A stretch of 24,172 nucleotides of DNA from Leptospiraceae bacterium. Lineage in GTDB: Bacteria; Spirochaetota; Leptospiria; Leptospirales; Leptospiraceae. The stretch is taken from the NCBI GenBank assembly GCA_035345875.1, contig DAORDH010000042.1:23023-47194 (forward strand), written 5' to 3'. A model generated the notes under the pieces. That model was not told where the DNA came from, searched no databases, and saw only the letters and a program-made list of their open reading frames with translations. Of this stretch, positions 1-9,327 are shown piece by piece; the first letter of the stretch is position 1, and each line of letters starts with the position of its first letter. The position numbers and the translations under genes are program-made.

Positions 1-713
1 ATGGAACAAATGCAAAAGTAGATGGAACAGGAACTTCTGCTTCATTAAGTTTACCGCGCTTTTTAACAACAGATGGAACTTATCTTTATGTTTCAGATAC
101 AACAAATAATTGTATTCGAAAGGTTAATATTACCAGTGCGGTAGTTACAACTATAGTATGTAATAATACTTTACTATCTGATCCACGGGGACTAATAGTA
201 TACAATAACATGCTATATATAGCAGACAATTCAGCAAATGCTATTAGGCAAATAGATTTATCAACTAACGCTTTATCAACAGTTATTTCGTCTGGACTTA
301 GTTCTCCTAGAAATATGACTTTAATAGGATCAGATATTTACATTGCTGATTCAGGACTCGATCGTGTTGCAAAAACTACAATCGGAACATGGACTCTTTC
401 TACATTTGCAGGTAGTTCTTCAGGCTATCTGGATGGAACAGGGACAGGAGCTCAATTTAAAAATCTAGAAGGGATCACAACAGATGGGACAGATCTTTAT
501 GTTGCGGATACAGGAAATCATAACGTTCGAAAAGTTACTGTCCCTGGAGCAGTGGTAACAACACTGGCAGGTTCTCTATCAGCCTCTTCTGGATATACAA
601 ACTCATCAACTTTTTCTACAGCTCGCTTTAACAACCCGAGAGGCATCACTTCCGATGGAACGAATCTTTATGTATTTGATTCAAATAACAATGCAATCCG
701 AAAGATTCAATAG
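1..713 (+). CDS. NHL-repeat protein, 5'-truncated at window edge (open frame runs from nt 3 to stop TAG 711-713)
   Basis: Frame 3 is open from the window start. At least five ~40-aa repeats carry the NHL signature (LYVSDTTNNCIRKV, LYIADNSANAIRQI, IYIADSGLDRVAK, LYVADTGNHNVRKV, LYVFDSNNNAIRKI). The ORF track shows only the internal Met at 210. Confidence 0.78.
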   Translation, partial: GTNAKVDGTGTSASLSLPRFLTTDGTYLYVSDTTNNCIRKVNITSAVVTTIVCNNTLLSDPRGLIVYNNMLYIADNSANAIRQIDLSTNALSTVISSGLSSPRNMTLIGSDIYIADSGLDRVAKTTIGTWTLSTFAGSSSGYLDGTGTGAQFKNLEGITTDGTDLYVADTGNHNVRKVTVPGAVVTTLAGSLSASSGYTNSSTFSTARFNNPRGITSDGTNLYVFDSNNNAIRKIQ

Positions 714-1582
714 TGAACTTTAAATTTTACTTTCTCTTTAGCGGTATATATCTATTAACCGCTTTTCATTTAATCGCACAAGATAATTTGGGGAAAGTAA
801 AATACCAAGTAGAATCCAGTTTCGATATTACAAAAGACAGTGCCCAGAAAATTTTGCAAAATCTAGACTTTGAGAAAAAAGAGAGAACTGATTTTGTATT
901 TGATGCATTTGATGGAGAAAACTTTCTTCTATTTCCAGGCAAAAGAAAAATCCGTTTTAGAATGAAAGAGGATGAAGAAAAAAAAGTTCTGCAAATCAAT
1001 ACAAACATTAACTTTATCAATCGAAAATGCCCGAAAGGGCAATCCATTCTAATTCGGGAAAAAGAAAATGGGGAAATCAACCTTTCTGCAAATCAGTATG
1101 AATATTTAAAAACAGGAAACCAACTTTTAAATCTACCTGATTTAAATCCCAGTCAAACCTTAAAGTCTCTAAAAGAACTAGATCAATATTTAAAAAAAAT
1201 CCAATTGCCTCTCAAATCCGAATTAGAAAAAACATTTCCAAAAAAATGGGTCTATCTACCAATCAATCTCTCAAAAAAGAAAAAATATAAACACAAAGTC
1301 AATTTTGGGTATGGAGATATTACCGTTTCTATCTCCGGTGGAGAAGATTATATAGGAGAAAAATTTTTACAGGAAAAATGGGAATTAGAATTTCAAGTAA
1401 ATCCCAAAGATTGGATAGATTCTAAATGCAAAGGTAAATACTGCGGATTTGAGAAGAGTATTTGTCTTTTTATGGAAAGCCAAAACCTATCCGCAAAAGA
1501 CTTCAACCCTCCCAAGATTTCCCCCTATGATGTTTTAAAAAAAGAGATACCGAATTTATCTAAATTACTCCCAAGTCCCTAG
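713..1582 (+). CDS. hypothetical Lys-rich protein with N-terminal hydrophobic signal-like segment. Apparent GTG start overlaps the upstream stop by 1 nt.
   Basis: 289-aa ORF. The N-terminus FKFYFLFSGIYLLTAFHLIAQD resembles a signal peptide. The protein is very K/E rich and I recognise no family. Only the overlapping antisense ORF 766..1080 competes and it looks spurious. Confidence 0.55.
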   Translation: MNFKFYFLFSGIYLLTAFHLIAQDNLGKVKYQVESSFDITKDSAQKILQNLDFEKKERTDFVFDAFDGENFLLFPGKRKIRFRMKEDEEKKVLQINTNINFINRKCPKGQSILIREKENGEINLSANQYEYLKTGNQLLNLPDLNPSQTLKSLKELDQYLKKIQLPLKSELEKTFPKKWVYLPINLSKKKKYKHKVNFGYGDITVSISGGEDYIGEKFLQEKWELEFQVNPKDWIDSKCKGKYCGFEKSICLFMESQNLSAKDFNPPKISPYDVLKKEIPNLSKLLPSP

Positions 1583-1730
1583 CCAAAACTCATTTCTATT
1601 CCTCGAAAATTCCTCCATCTACCCTATTTTGCAAAATTCATTTCCCTAAATCCTTTTGATTCCATTCTCTTCTGAGTTAAATGAACTTGAATTCGGTATA
1701 AGGAATTGATAAATTGTTCAGACCGTCATT

Positions 1731-1851
1731 CCCGAAATTCCACCAGCAATCGCAGCAACCGCCAAACGATATCGGGAATCTGTTTTCTAGATACCCCTGA
1801 TAATCGCCCCTGCGGAACTGGATGCGAATAGCATCGGGTGGAATTTGTGGG
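1731..1851. repeat. 10-bp perfect inverted repeat (gaaattccacc / ggtggaatttg) extended by ccc/ggg, enclosing a ~90-nt GC-rich segment. Candidate stem of a structured RNA or cis-regulatory element.
   Basis: aaattccacc at 1735-1744 is the exact reverse complement of ggtggaattt at 1837-1846. The flanking ccc (1731-1733) and ggg (1849-1851) extend the stem. attcccg (1728-1734) can alternatively pair with cgggaat (1773-1779). Local GC is about 50%, against about 37% background. Confidence 0.35.
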
Positions 1852-2203
1852 TGACAAAGTGAAACCTCATCTTATATCGAACTCACGTTAAATTACAAAG
1901 ACTACCCTACTCAAACCCGTTAACCCAAATCCCCATCTCCCAAGAGAGCCTAGAAAAAGAGGAAGCCAGGTTAGTGTAAAGACCAGCAAAGGAATGTCGG
2001 TCTACCATAAACACCCAAAAAAAAGGGATCTAAAGTAGAACGATTGCCTATCTTTTAAAAATTTTAACTCTTCCAGCCTCCTTCCATCCGAATATCCTTG
2101 GTTACTTTTCTATGGGCACTCTGGTTTTGTCCAAATCTAAGTTCTGTTTTAGGCTTGCTTCTATAGGTTGTACAAAAAACCTTGCGGTAGAGATTAAAAA
2201 AAT

Positions 2204-3331
2204 ATGAAATTTGGTATTTTAAAAGAAAGTGGGGAAGAAAAAAGAGTAGCTCTTCTTCCTGAGTCTGTGGAAGCCCTTATCAAAATGGGGCAATCGGTGA
2301 TTGTGGAAAAGGGAGCTGGTGAAACCGCTTTTGCCTCTGACGAGGAATACAAAAAAGCAGGGGCTAGTATTGTGTCCAAAAAGGAACTTCTATCCCAAGC
2401 GGAGGCAGTTATTAAAATACAGCTTCCCGAAGCGGAAGAAATCGAAGGACTAAAGTCTGGAACTCTTCTGTTTGCAGTCTTGCAACCTCTCTACAACCCT
2501 CAATTGATTAAGACTTTAAATGATAAGAAGATATCTATATTTAGCATGGACACGATTCCTAGAATTACTCGTGCCCAATCTATGGACATTTTAAGTTCCC
2601 AAGCAACCGTTGCTGGCTATAAGGCAGTTCTAGTAGCTGCAAGCCATTTGCCACATTTTTTTCCAATGCTTACAACCGCGGCTGGAGCAATCCCACCCTC
2701 TAAAATTTTAGTTATGGGTGCTGGTGTTGCTGGTCTCCAAGCGATTGCAACTGGTAAGAGATTGGGCGGAGTTGTAGAAGTATTCGACACTAGACCCGAA
2801 GTAAAAGAACAAGTCATGTCTCTCGGCGGAAAATTCGTAGAAGTAGAAGGTGCAGCCGATGCATCTAAAGCTGGAGGATATGCGGTTGAACAATCAGAAG
2901 AATACAAAAATCGCCAAAGAGAAGCCATTTCTAAGTCTGCCATCAAATCCGATGTAATCATCACTACAGCCCAAATACCAGGTAAAAAGGCACCTCTACT
3001 CATAACCGAAGAAATGGTGAAGGGAATGAAAGCAGGTTCCGTCATCGTAGATTTGGCTGCCGCAACAGGTGGAAATTGCCAATTGACAGAAAACAATAAA
3101 ACTATTGTTGCACATGGTGTCACCATCATTGGAAATTCAAATCTTCCTTCTACAATTCCGTTTGATGCGAGTAAGATGTTTGGGAAAAATATAATCAACT
3201 TCCTAAAGAATATGCAAACCAAAGAAGGAAAGATTGAAATCAATTTCAATGATGAAATCATCTCTGGAACTTGTATAGCACATGCAGGAGAAGTTCGTCA
3301 TAAACCAACACTGGACTTAATCAATAAATGA
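2204..3331 (+). CDS. pntAA: NAD(P) transhydrogenase subunit alpha part 1 (PntAA; AlaDH/PNT dI domain)
   Basis: 375 aa with alanine dehydrogenase/PNT N- and C-domains and a Rossmann motif VMGAGVAGLQA. Followed by the small membrane alpha part 2 and then the beta subunit, the classic split-pntA arrangement. Confidence 0.9.
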   Translation: MKFGILKESGEEKRVALLPESVEALIKMGQSVIVEKGAGETAFASDEEYKKAGASIVSKKELLSQAEAVIKIQLPEAEEIEGLKSGTLLFAVLQPLYNPQLIKTLNDKKISIFSMDTIPRITRAQSMDILSSQATVAGYKAVLVAASHLPHFFPMLTTAAGAIPPSKILVMGAGVAGLQAIATGKRLGGVVEVFDTRPEVKEQVMSLGGKFVEVEGAADASKAGGYAVEQSEEYKNRQREAISKSAIKSDVIITTAQIPGKKAPLLITEEMVKGMKAGSVIVDLAAATGGNCQLTENNKTIVAHGVTIIGNSNLPSTIPFDASKMFGKNIINFLKNMQTKEGKIEINFNDEIISGTCIAHAGEVRHKPTLDLINK

Positions 3332-3431
3332 TTGGTGTTTCACTTATAGTTAATAACCCATATTGGCTAGACTCTGAGTATAAAAACTCTCTAGTTCTAT
3401 TCCTTTGTGGTAATTCTTTTTAGGAGATATT

Positions 3432-3755
3432 ATGGATCAAATACTAAACTTTTTAATCGAGAACAAAGCAATGATTTATATGCTTGTTCTATCAATATTT
3501 GTGGGAGTAGAAATTATTTCTAAAGTCCCTGCAGTTTTACACACTCCTCTCATGTCTGGAGCAAATGCGATTCACGGAGTTGTGATCGTGGGTGCAATTA
3601 TCGTTATGGGAGAGGCGAAAGAAGATGATACACTTTCTATCATTTTGGGGTTTATCGCTGTTATCCTCGGAACCTTAAACGTAGTTGGTGGATTCGTTGT
3701 TACAGATAGAATGCTGGAAATGTTTAAGAAGAAAACTCCAGCTAAGAAGGATTAA
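3432..3755 (+). CDS. pntAB: NAD(P) transhydrogenase subunit alpha part 2 (membrane dII fragment)
   Basis: 107-aa hydrophobic protein with 3 predicted TM helices, positioned between pntAA and pntB. GGFVVTDRML is typical of the alpha C-terminal membrane part. Confidence 0.85.
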   Translation: MDQILNFLIENKAMIYMLVLSIFVGVEIISKVPAVLHTPLMSGANAIHGVVIVGAIIVMGEAKEDDTLSIILGFIAVILGTLNVVGGFVVTDRMLEMFKKKTPAKKD

Positions 3756-3758
3756 CCC

Positions 3759-5159
3759 ATGTTAGGATATATTGAATTTGCTTATTTTTTAGGTTCCCTT
3801 TCTTTCGTAATTGGTCTTAAGATGCTTAGTCATCCAGACTCAGCTAGAAAAGGAAACATTCTCGCGGCTATCGGTATGGGAATAGCTGTGATTCTCACAA
3901 TTCTCGGAGAAAAAATTCACAATTACGGGTGGATCATTGGTGCTCTAGTCATTGGTTCAGCGTTAGGTGCAATTTCCGCTCGAAAAGTCAAAATGACTGC
4001 AATGCCGCAGATGGTCAGTCTTTTCAATGGTATGGGTGGTGCTTGTGCTGCCGTTATTTCCCTTGTAGAGTTTAAACACAATCCTGTTTTACAAACTGGA
4101 CTTATGAATAGCACAACAGCAATCATTCTTGCTGGTATGCTGATTGGATCTGTTTCTTTTGCTGGATCTATGATTGCATTTGGAAAATTACAAGGCTATA
4201 AAGCAATTGAAAAGCCAGTAACTTTTCCATTACAAAAAATATTAAATACAATCATTCTAATTTTTACAATTGGTCTTGGTGTGTTTATCTCAATCAATAT
4301 GCAAAATCCACATGATGCACTCGAATTATTCTATGTAATGTTTGGTCTTTCCTTATTATATGGAATTTTATTTGTATTACCAATTGGTGGTGCAGACATG
4401 CCTGTTGTAATTTCTCTACTCAACTCTTTCACAGGAGTTGCGGCTGCTTGTGCTGGATTCTTATATAGCAATATGGTAATGCTGATTGGTGGGATTTTAG
4501 TTGGATCTGCAGGAACCATTCTAACAGTTGTTATGTGTAATGCAATGAACCGCTCTCTCATGAACGTTATTTTCGGTAGCTTCGGCGGTGGAGGCGGTGC
4601 TAGTGGTAGTTCTGCTTCTGGAGACCAAACTGTTCGAGAAATTTCTGTAACCGATGCTGCTATCCTAATGAGCTACGCTAAGAAAGTGATCATCGTTCCT
4701 GGATACGGACTTGCAGTTGCACAAGCACAGCATACCTGTCATGAACTAGATAGCTTACTCGAAGAGAAGGGTGTAGATGTGCGTTACGCGATCCATCCTG
4801 TGGCTGGTCGTATGCCTGGTCATATGAACGTTTTACTCGCAGAAGCAGATGTTCCCTACCCAAAATTATTTGATATGGAAGAAATCAATGGAGAATTCTC
4901 CTCTACTGATGTTGTTCTAGTTATTGGAGCGAATGATGTTGTAAACCCTGCAGCCAGAAAAGATACATCTAGTCCAATTTATGGAATGCCAATCTTAGAT
5001 GTTGACAACGCTGCCAATATTATCGTTCTCAAAAGAGGGATGAATGCTGGTTATGCTGGTATCGAAAACGAATTATTCTTTGATCCAAAAACAAAGATGC
5101 TTTTTGGAGATGCAAAATCTTCTCTTTTAAAACTCGTCTCCGAGGTAAAACAAAATTAA
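3759..5159 (+). CDS. pntB: NAD(P) transhydrogenase subunit beta (PntB)
   Basis: 466 aa with an N-terminal multi-TM domain and a C-terminal dIII NADP(H)-binding domain (VIIVPGYGLAVAQAQH, GANDVVNPAA). Starts 4 nt after the pntAB stop. Confidence 0.92.
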   Translation: MLGYIEFAYFLGSLSFVIGLKMLSHPDSARKGNILAAIGMGIAVILTILGEKIHNYGWIIGALVIGSALGAISARKVKMTAMPQMVSLFNGMGGACAAVISLVEFKHNPVLQTGLMNSTTAIILAGMLIGSVSFAGSMIAFGKLQGYKAIEKPVTFPLQKILNTIILIFTIGLGVFISINMQNPHDALELFYVMFGLSLLYGILFVLPIGGADMPVVISLLNSFTGVAAACAGFLYSNMVMLIGGILVGSAGTILTVVMCNAMNRSLMNVIFGSFGGGGGASGSSASGDQTVREISVTDAAILMSYAKKVIIVPGYGLAVAQAQHTCHELDSLLEEKGVDVRYAIHPVAGRMPGHMNVLLAEADVPYPKLFDMEEINGEFSSTDVVLVIGANDVVNPAARKDTSSPIYGMPILDVDNAANIIVLKRGMNAGYAGIENELFFDPKTKMLFGDAKSSLLKLVSEVKQN

Positions 5160-5179
5160 CCCCTAGGTGGAATTTGGAT

Positions 5180-5866
5180 ATGGAAAGAAGAAAAAGAATT
5201 TCAAGACCTTTACCTGTAATTATATTCGGAATCATCTTTTTACTGCTTCCGTTTATTAACTACATTAACTTTGCATACCATTTCCAAATTCCATTTACAA
5301 ATGTAATAGAGGTTTTGAGAACCGTAGACATCATTGCTGTCATTCTTGCGTTGATTCCCTTTGCAGTTGGAATTGGAATCCTGCTTGTTAAGCGATGGGG
5401 TTGGTTCTTATTTTTAATCTACTCTTTAGTAGTTTTAGTTTACGATGCACTGGTCTCTATTTCAGATCCAACAGAGCCAAACATCATGACTCTTGTGCAA
5501 AGTGCGATCGGATTTGCTGCCATTTTTTATTTTTTAAAACCAGACATTTCGGCTCCCTACATGAAAATGTATGGGAGAGGTTGGAGATTCCAAGTTAGGA
5601 AACCAATTGAAATGGACATAGCAATCAATGACTTAAAGCTTAGAACTAGAGATATTTCTCCTACAGGATTCTATGTAGAATGGCCCAATTGCCCTTATGA
5701 ACTCAACCAAGAAGTAAATATATCAATGAATGTAGATAGACAGGGATTGAACTTAAAGGCAGGAGTAGTTCGATTGGATACAGCCGGAGCTGGCTTTGCA
5801 TTCCGATCTATTGACAGAGAAAGTTATAGAGTTTTAGAGGATTGGATTTCGAGACAAGAAGCATGA
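5180..5866 (+). CDS. membrane protein with C-terminal PilZ (c-di-GMP-binding) domain. The ORF track starts at TTG 5174; ATG 5180 is the more likely start.
   Basis: About 4 N-terminal TM helices, then RFQVRKP (RxxxR) followed about 17 aa later by DISPTG (DxSxxG), the two PilZ signature motifs. AGGTGG lies 10 nt upstream of ATG 5180. Confidence 0.62.
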   Translation: MERRKRISRPLPVIIFGIIFLLLPFINYINFAYHFQIPFTNVIEVLRTVDIIAVILALIPFAVGIGILLVKRWGWFLFLIYSLVVLVYDALVSISDPTEPNIMTLVQSAIGFAAIFYFLKPDISAPYMKMYGRGWRFQVRKPIEMDIAINDLKLRTRDISPTGFYVEWPNCPYELNQEVNISMNVDRQGLNLKAGVVRLDTAGAGFAFRSIDRESYRVLEDWISRQEA

Positions 5867-5952
5867 ATTTCATTGACTCATAGGCAAGCGAAAATAACCT
5901 GACTTTGTACACGAATTTATTATACTGTAATATTATTTTTTAAGGTAATAAG

Positions 5953-6114
5953 ATGAAAAGAACATTTCAACCAAGTAGAGTTAAAAGAGCAAGAACACAT
6001 GGCTTTAGATCCCGTATGTCTACAAAAGCGGGAAGAGCTGTACTCGCAAGAAGAAGAGCTAAAGGCAGATATAAGCTAACTGTTTCCGATGAAAAAGTCG
6101 GAAAGAAATTTTAA
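5953..6114 (+). CDS. rpmH: 50S ribosomal protein L34. Not in the ORF track because it is under 60 aa.
   Basis: Translation [53 protein letters not shown] matches the universal L34 signature ([28 protein letters not shown]). Lies immediately upstream of rnpA as in most bacteria. Confidence 0.92.
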   Translation: MKRTFQPSRVKRARTHGFRSRMSTKAGRAVLARRRAKGRYKLTVSDEKVGKKF

Positions 6115-6124
6115 TTAGAGGTTC

Positions 6125-6457
6125 TTGACTAGGATATCGGAAACTCTAAAGGCAAAAGAAGAGATTAAAAGTCTTTTTCAAAAAGGTAAGAGAATCAAAG
6201 CCAACCATATATCTTTAGTGTACGCATCCAACCAGATATCGCTTAATAGATACCTCTTTTGTGCAGAACGTTTTACCAAAAAGGCGCATAAAAGAAATAG
6301 AATTAAGCGAGTCTTGCGCGCATTGGTTCACTGTATAGACTTTATCTTCCCTGTGAATGTAGATATCGCAATCATAGCAGATTCTAGGTTTACAGAACTT
6401 GATTTTGAAGTCAGAAAGCAGACTTTAAAGAATCTATTTTTAAAAGTAAAAGTATGA
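6125..6457 (+). CDS. rnpA: ribonuclease P protein component (TTG start)
   Basis: 110-aa basic protein in the conserved position rpmH-rnpA-yidD-yidC. Has an RnpA-like basic region (KKAHKRNRIKRVLR). The stop overlaps the yidD start (ATGA). Confidence 0.82.
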   Translation: MTRISETLKAKEEIKSLFQKGKRIKANHISLVYASNQISLNRYLFCAERFTKKAHKRNRIKRVLRALVHCIDFIFPVNVDIAIIADSRFTELDFEVRKQTLKNLFLKVKV

Positions 6458-6684
6458 ATCAAATAGCGATACTTTTGATTCATATTTATAAAAAATTCAT
6501 ATCTCCTTTATTGCCAGGTGCTTGCAGATTTTATCCGAGTTGTTCGGAATATGCATTACAGGCATTTAAGGAGTATGGTTTTTTGAAAGCCTTCTACCTA
6601 ACCGTAAATAGAGTTTCTAGATGTAACCCAATGTCAGAAGGGTATTTTGATCCCTTACCTCCAAATCCAAATAAAAAAAATTAG
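6454..6684 (+). CDS. yidD: membrane protein insertion efficiency factor YidD
   Basis: 76 aa. [23 protein letters not shown]...[17 protein letters not shown] matches the YidD/haemolytic-domain consensus (CRFxPSCSxYxxxA...RCHP...GYDP). 4-nt overlap with rnpA. Confidence 0.88.
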   Translation: MNQIAILLIHIYKKFISPLLPGACRFYPSCSEYALQAFKEYGFLKAFYLTVNRVSRCNPMSEGYFDPLPPNPNKKN

Positions 6685-6692
6685 AGGAAATC

Positions 6693-8597
6693 ATGGAAGA
6701 AAGACAAGGTAGATTATTACTTGCAATCGTACTTAGCTTAGGAGTCTGGATGGGAGTTAACTACTTTTTATTCCCTCCGCAACCCCCCAAAAAACCGCCT
6801 GTTGCAAATAACGCAAAAGATGCAAAAACAGCAGAACCAGTAAAAGATGCTAAAGAAGTTAAAACTCCAGATAAAAACACAACTGTCTTAAAGCCGGTCG
6901 AAATCAAAGAAATTGATCCAAAAGATATAAAGAAATTCTATGTTGTAACATCTTCTTTTCTAGCTGAGTTTAGTTCTCTGGGCGGTAGAATCGAAAGATT
7001 TTATGTAAAGAACTATCCGGACTTAGAAGGAAATGAAGTTAAAATCATAAAAAATGAAAGCGAATTTGTTTCCTTCAATGGTGGAAATTACAAAGGGATT
7101 GAGATCACTCGAGAGAGAGGATTTGATTTTAACTTAACAAACGCAAAAGAAGAATTATCCGCTCCCCTATTCAATCATATTAATTTCACAGCAAACTATG
7201 ATGAAGCAAAACAGATTCTCAGTTTCGAAGCGTTATCTCCAGATAAAAACTACTCTCTAAAGAAAGAATTCTCCTTTTTTAAATCAGAAAATTATTTTAA
7301 ATACAATATGACTATCACTAATCTTTCTAAAGACAAATTGGTGTTAGCTGATCAAACAAAGCCTATTTATTTTAAATCTTTCGGAAGCTTAGGTCCAGTA
7401 AAAGGTCCTATTATTTCCGAAAAAGACCAAGTTCACTACTATCGATTCTTTTATATTGATGGTTCCTTCAATGACAATTTAGATGGAGTAAGTATAGAAG
7501 GTTTTTGGTCAAAAGCAAAAGCATTTTTCGGATTTGGTAGTGTTAACAATGATCCGAACTTTGACACCGTTCTCAAAAAATCTGAACCAGTTGATTTTTT
7601 TGGAACAGGTAGCCGTTATTTTATCGCAGTCTTAAATCCTCTCAGTGGAAATAAGCCAAGTGGTGTATTACTCGATAATCGAAAAGGAAATGTAAATGGT
7701 GTTACAGCTCTCTATGAGAATATTTCCATTGAACCAAATACTTCGGTTAACTTTGATTATGCTGCTTATGTAGGTATTCGTGAATTAGATGGAATGTCAT
7801 TCCGTGACAAAACCATTGATCCAAAAGAAACCAAGTCTTCTCCTTTCTCGGGCCTCAGTGAAAAATTAGACAAATCATTCAATCAAGGAATTACGACTCC
7901 ATTCCGTCATGGAATTGTTTGGATATTAAAGAAATTACACAATTTAATTCCAAATTACGGATGGTGTATTATCATCTTTGCAATTCTATTAAAACTTGTT
8001 TTCTATCCATTAAACCAAAAACAAGCTGAAAGTATGAAAAAGATGCAAGAGTTAAATCCACAAATCAAAGCGATAAACGAAAAGTATGACAAAGATCCCG
8101 CGATGAAGCAACAAAAGATAATGGAACTCTACAAAAAAAATGGAACAAATCCTATGGGTGGATGTCTTCCTATGTTAGTTCAGATTCCAATCTTTATCGC
8201 ACTCTATACTGCATTTAGTGATACAATTGATTTATGGAAATCACCATTTTTATGGGTAACTGATTTGAGTGAGCCAGATACGATTTGGACAAGTCCAGCT
8301 ATCTTAGGAACCGCAGGTATAGCACTCAACGTTCTTCCACTTATCATGGTAGGAACACAAGTAGTGCAAACACAAATGACATCAGTAGCAACGGATCCAA
8401 ACCAAAAAACAATGATGTATTTAATGCCACTCATCATGTTGTATTTCTTCTGGACAATGCCATCTGGGGTTACACTTTACTGGACTATCCAAAACGTCCT
8501 TTCTATCTTACAACAATTTATCACGAACCGTTTTGGAAAGAATACAAAACCACAGACTGTGACCACAACCACAACAGTCAGTAAAAAGAAAAAGTAA
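6693..8597 (+). CDS. yidC: membrane protein insertase YidC (long form with periplasmic domain)
   Basis: 634 aa with an N-terminal signal anchor, a large periplasmic domain and a C-terminal 5-TM YidC/Oxa1 core ([52 protein letters not shown]). Confidence 0.92.
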   Translation: MEERQGRLLLAIVLSLGVWMGVNYFLFPPQPPKKPPVANNAKDAKTAEPVKDAKEVKTPDKNTTVLKPVEIKEIDPKDIKKFYVVTSSFLAEFSSLGGRIERFYVKNYPDLEGNEVKIIKNESEFVSFNGGNYKGIEITRERGFDFNLTNAKEELSAPLFNHINFTANYDEAKQILSFEALSPDKNYSLKKEFSFFKSENYFKYNMTITNLSKDKLVLADQTKPIYFKSFGSLGPVKGPIISEKDQVHYYRFFYIDGSFNDNLDGVSIEGFWSKAKAFFGFGSVNNDPNFDTVLKKSEPVDFFGTGSRYFIAVLNPLSGNKPSGVLLDNRKGNVNGVTALYENISIEPNTSVNFDYAAYVGIRELDGMSFRDKTIDPKETKSSPFSGLSEKLDKSFNQGITTPFRHGIVWILKKLHNLIPNYGWCIIIFAILLKLVFYPLNQKQAESMKKMQELNPQIKAINEKYDKDPAMKQQKIMELYKKNGTNPMGGCLPMLVQIPIFIALYTAFSDTIDLWKSPFLWVTDLSEPDTIWTSPAILGTAGIALNVLPLIMVGTQVVQTQMTSVATDPNQKTMMYLMPLIMLYFFWTMPSGVTLYWTIQNVLSILQQFITNRFGKNTKPQTVTTTTTVSKKKK

Positions 8598-8619
8598 TAA
8601 GAAATTATAAGGAGCAAAT

Positions 8620-9327
8620 ATGTTAGGATATATTTTTGAAGCGGAAGGAAAAACAAAATCAGAAGCAGAAGAAGTAACGTTAAGCACTCTTCGCCTCGCT
8701 GAAGGGGATTTAAAATTTGAAACAGTTGATCCCGGCAAGAGCGGTTTCTTAGGATTTACCGCCAAAAAGCCCGCTATCGTGCGAGCATATATTTCCTCAA
8801 AAGACTTACCAGCTGAAAAAATTATTCATGGAGTTGTGATTACCATCCTAAAAAAAATGGGAATCGAAGCAGAAGTAGTCGGTATGGGTGATGTGGATGG
8901 GAAGATATACATAGAACTAGCAAGTCCAGAATCTGGAATCCTAATAGGCAAGAGAGGGGCAACACTCGATGCACTTCAATTTTTATTAAACCTAATGGTA
9001 GATCCAAAAATTCGTCATGGTAGAAAGATTATTTTAGATATTGAATCCTACAGAGATAAAAGAGAAATGTCTCTCGTTCGTCTCAGTCGCTCCATTGCAT
9101 CAGGTGTTGCAAAAACTGGAAAATCAAGACTCCTCGAACCAATGAATCCATATGAAAGAAGAATTATTCATATGGCTCTTCAAAAGGATGAGAAAGTTTT
9201 CACTAGAAGCGAGGGAAATGGAACTTACAAAAGAGTTCGAGTTATTTCCGCAAAAGACAGACATAAATATAAAGACTTAGAAACCAAAAATCCGGAATTA
9301 CCGGACGACGATGAATTAGACGTGTAG
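8620..9327 (+). CDS. jag: RNA-binding protein Jag/KhpB (Jag_N, KH and R3H domains)
   Basis: 235 aa. The C-terminal R3H motif ([37 protein letters not shown]) and its position directly after yidC are typical of jag. Confidence 0.85.
   Translation: MLGYIFEAEGKTKSEAEEVTLSTLRLAEGDLKFETVDPGKSGFLGFTAKKPAIVRAYISSKDLPAEKIIHGVVITILKKMGIEAEVVGMGDVDGKIYIELASPESGILIGKRGATLDALQFLLNLMVDPKIRHGRKIILDIESYRDKREMSLVRLSRSIASGVAKTGKSRLLEPMNPYERRIIHMALQKDEKVFTRSEGNGTYKRVRVISAKDRHKYKDLETKNPELPDDDELDV

Noticed and set aside
1690-1900. GC-rich segment examined for tRNA, tmRNA, RNase P RNA and common riboswitch cores (TPP CTGAGA, FMN GGTGAAATTCCC, cobalamin GCCACTG, GEMM)
   Set aside because: I found no T-loop (GTTCGAATC-like), no tmRNA 3' tRNA-like end, and no conserved riboswitch core strings. 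I kept it only as an unclassified structured element in the findings.
2194-3261. Antisense ORFs 2194..2379, 2617..3261 and 2708..2893 inside pntAA
   Set aside because: They sit entirely within a strongly supported conserved gene on the other strand. Their Ala/Pro/Ser-rich composition is typical of antisense readings of a GC-richer coding stretch.
5395-5598. ORF 5395..5598(+) and ORF 5029..5235(-) near the PilZ gene
   Set aside because: The first is an out-of-frame reading inside the PilZ membrane-protein gene. The second is antisense across the pntB end. Neither has any supporting features.
5867-5952. AT-rich gap upstream of rpmH considered as a replication origin, since rpmH-rnpA often neighbours dnaA/oriC
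   Set aside because: dnaA is not in the window, the gap is only 86 bp, and I saw no clustered DnaA boxes (TTATCCACA or variants). It is most likely just the rpmH promoter region. The -35/-10 candidates (TTGACT, TTGTAC / TATACT) have poor spacing, so I called no promoter.
8204-8765. ORFs 8204..8437(-), 8285..8584(+) and 8508..8765(-) overlapping yidC/jag
   Set aside because: They are nested in or antisense to well-supported conserved genes and have no recognisable features.
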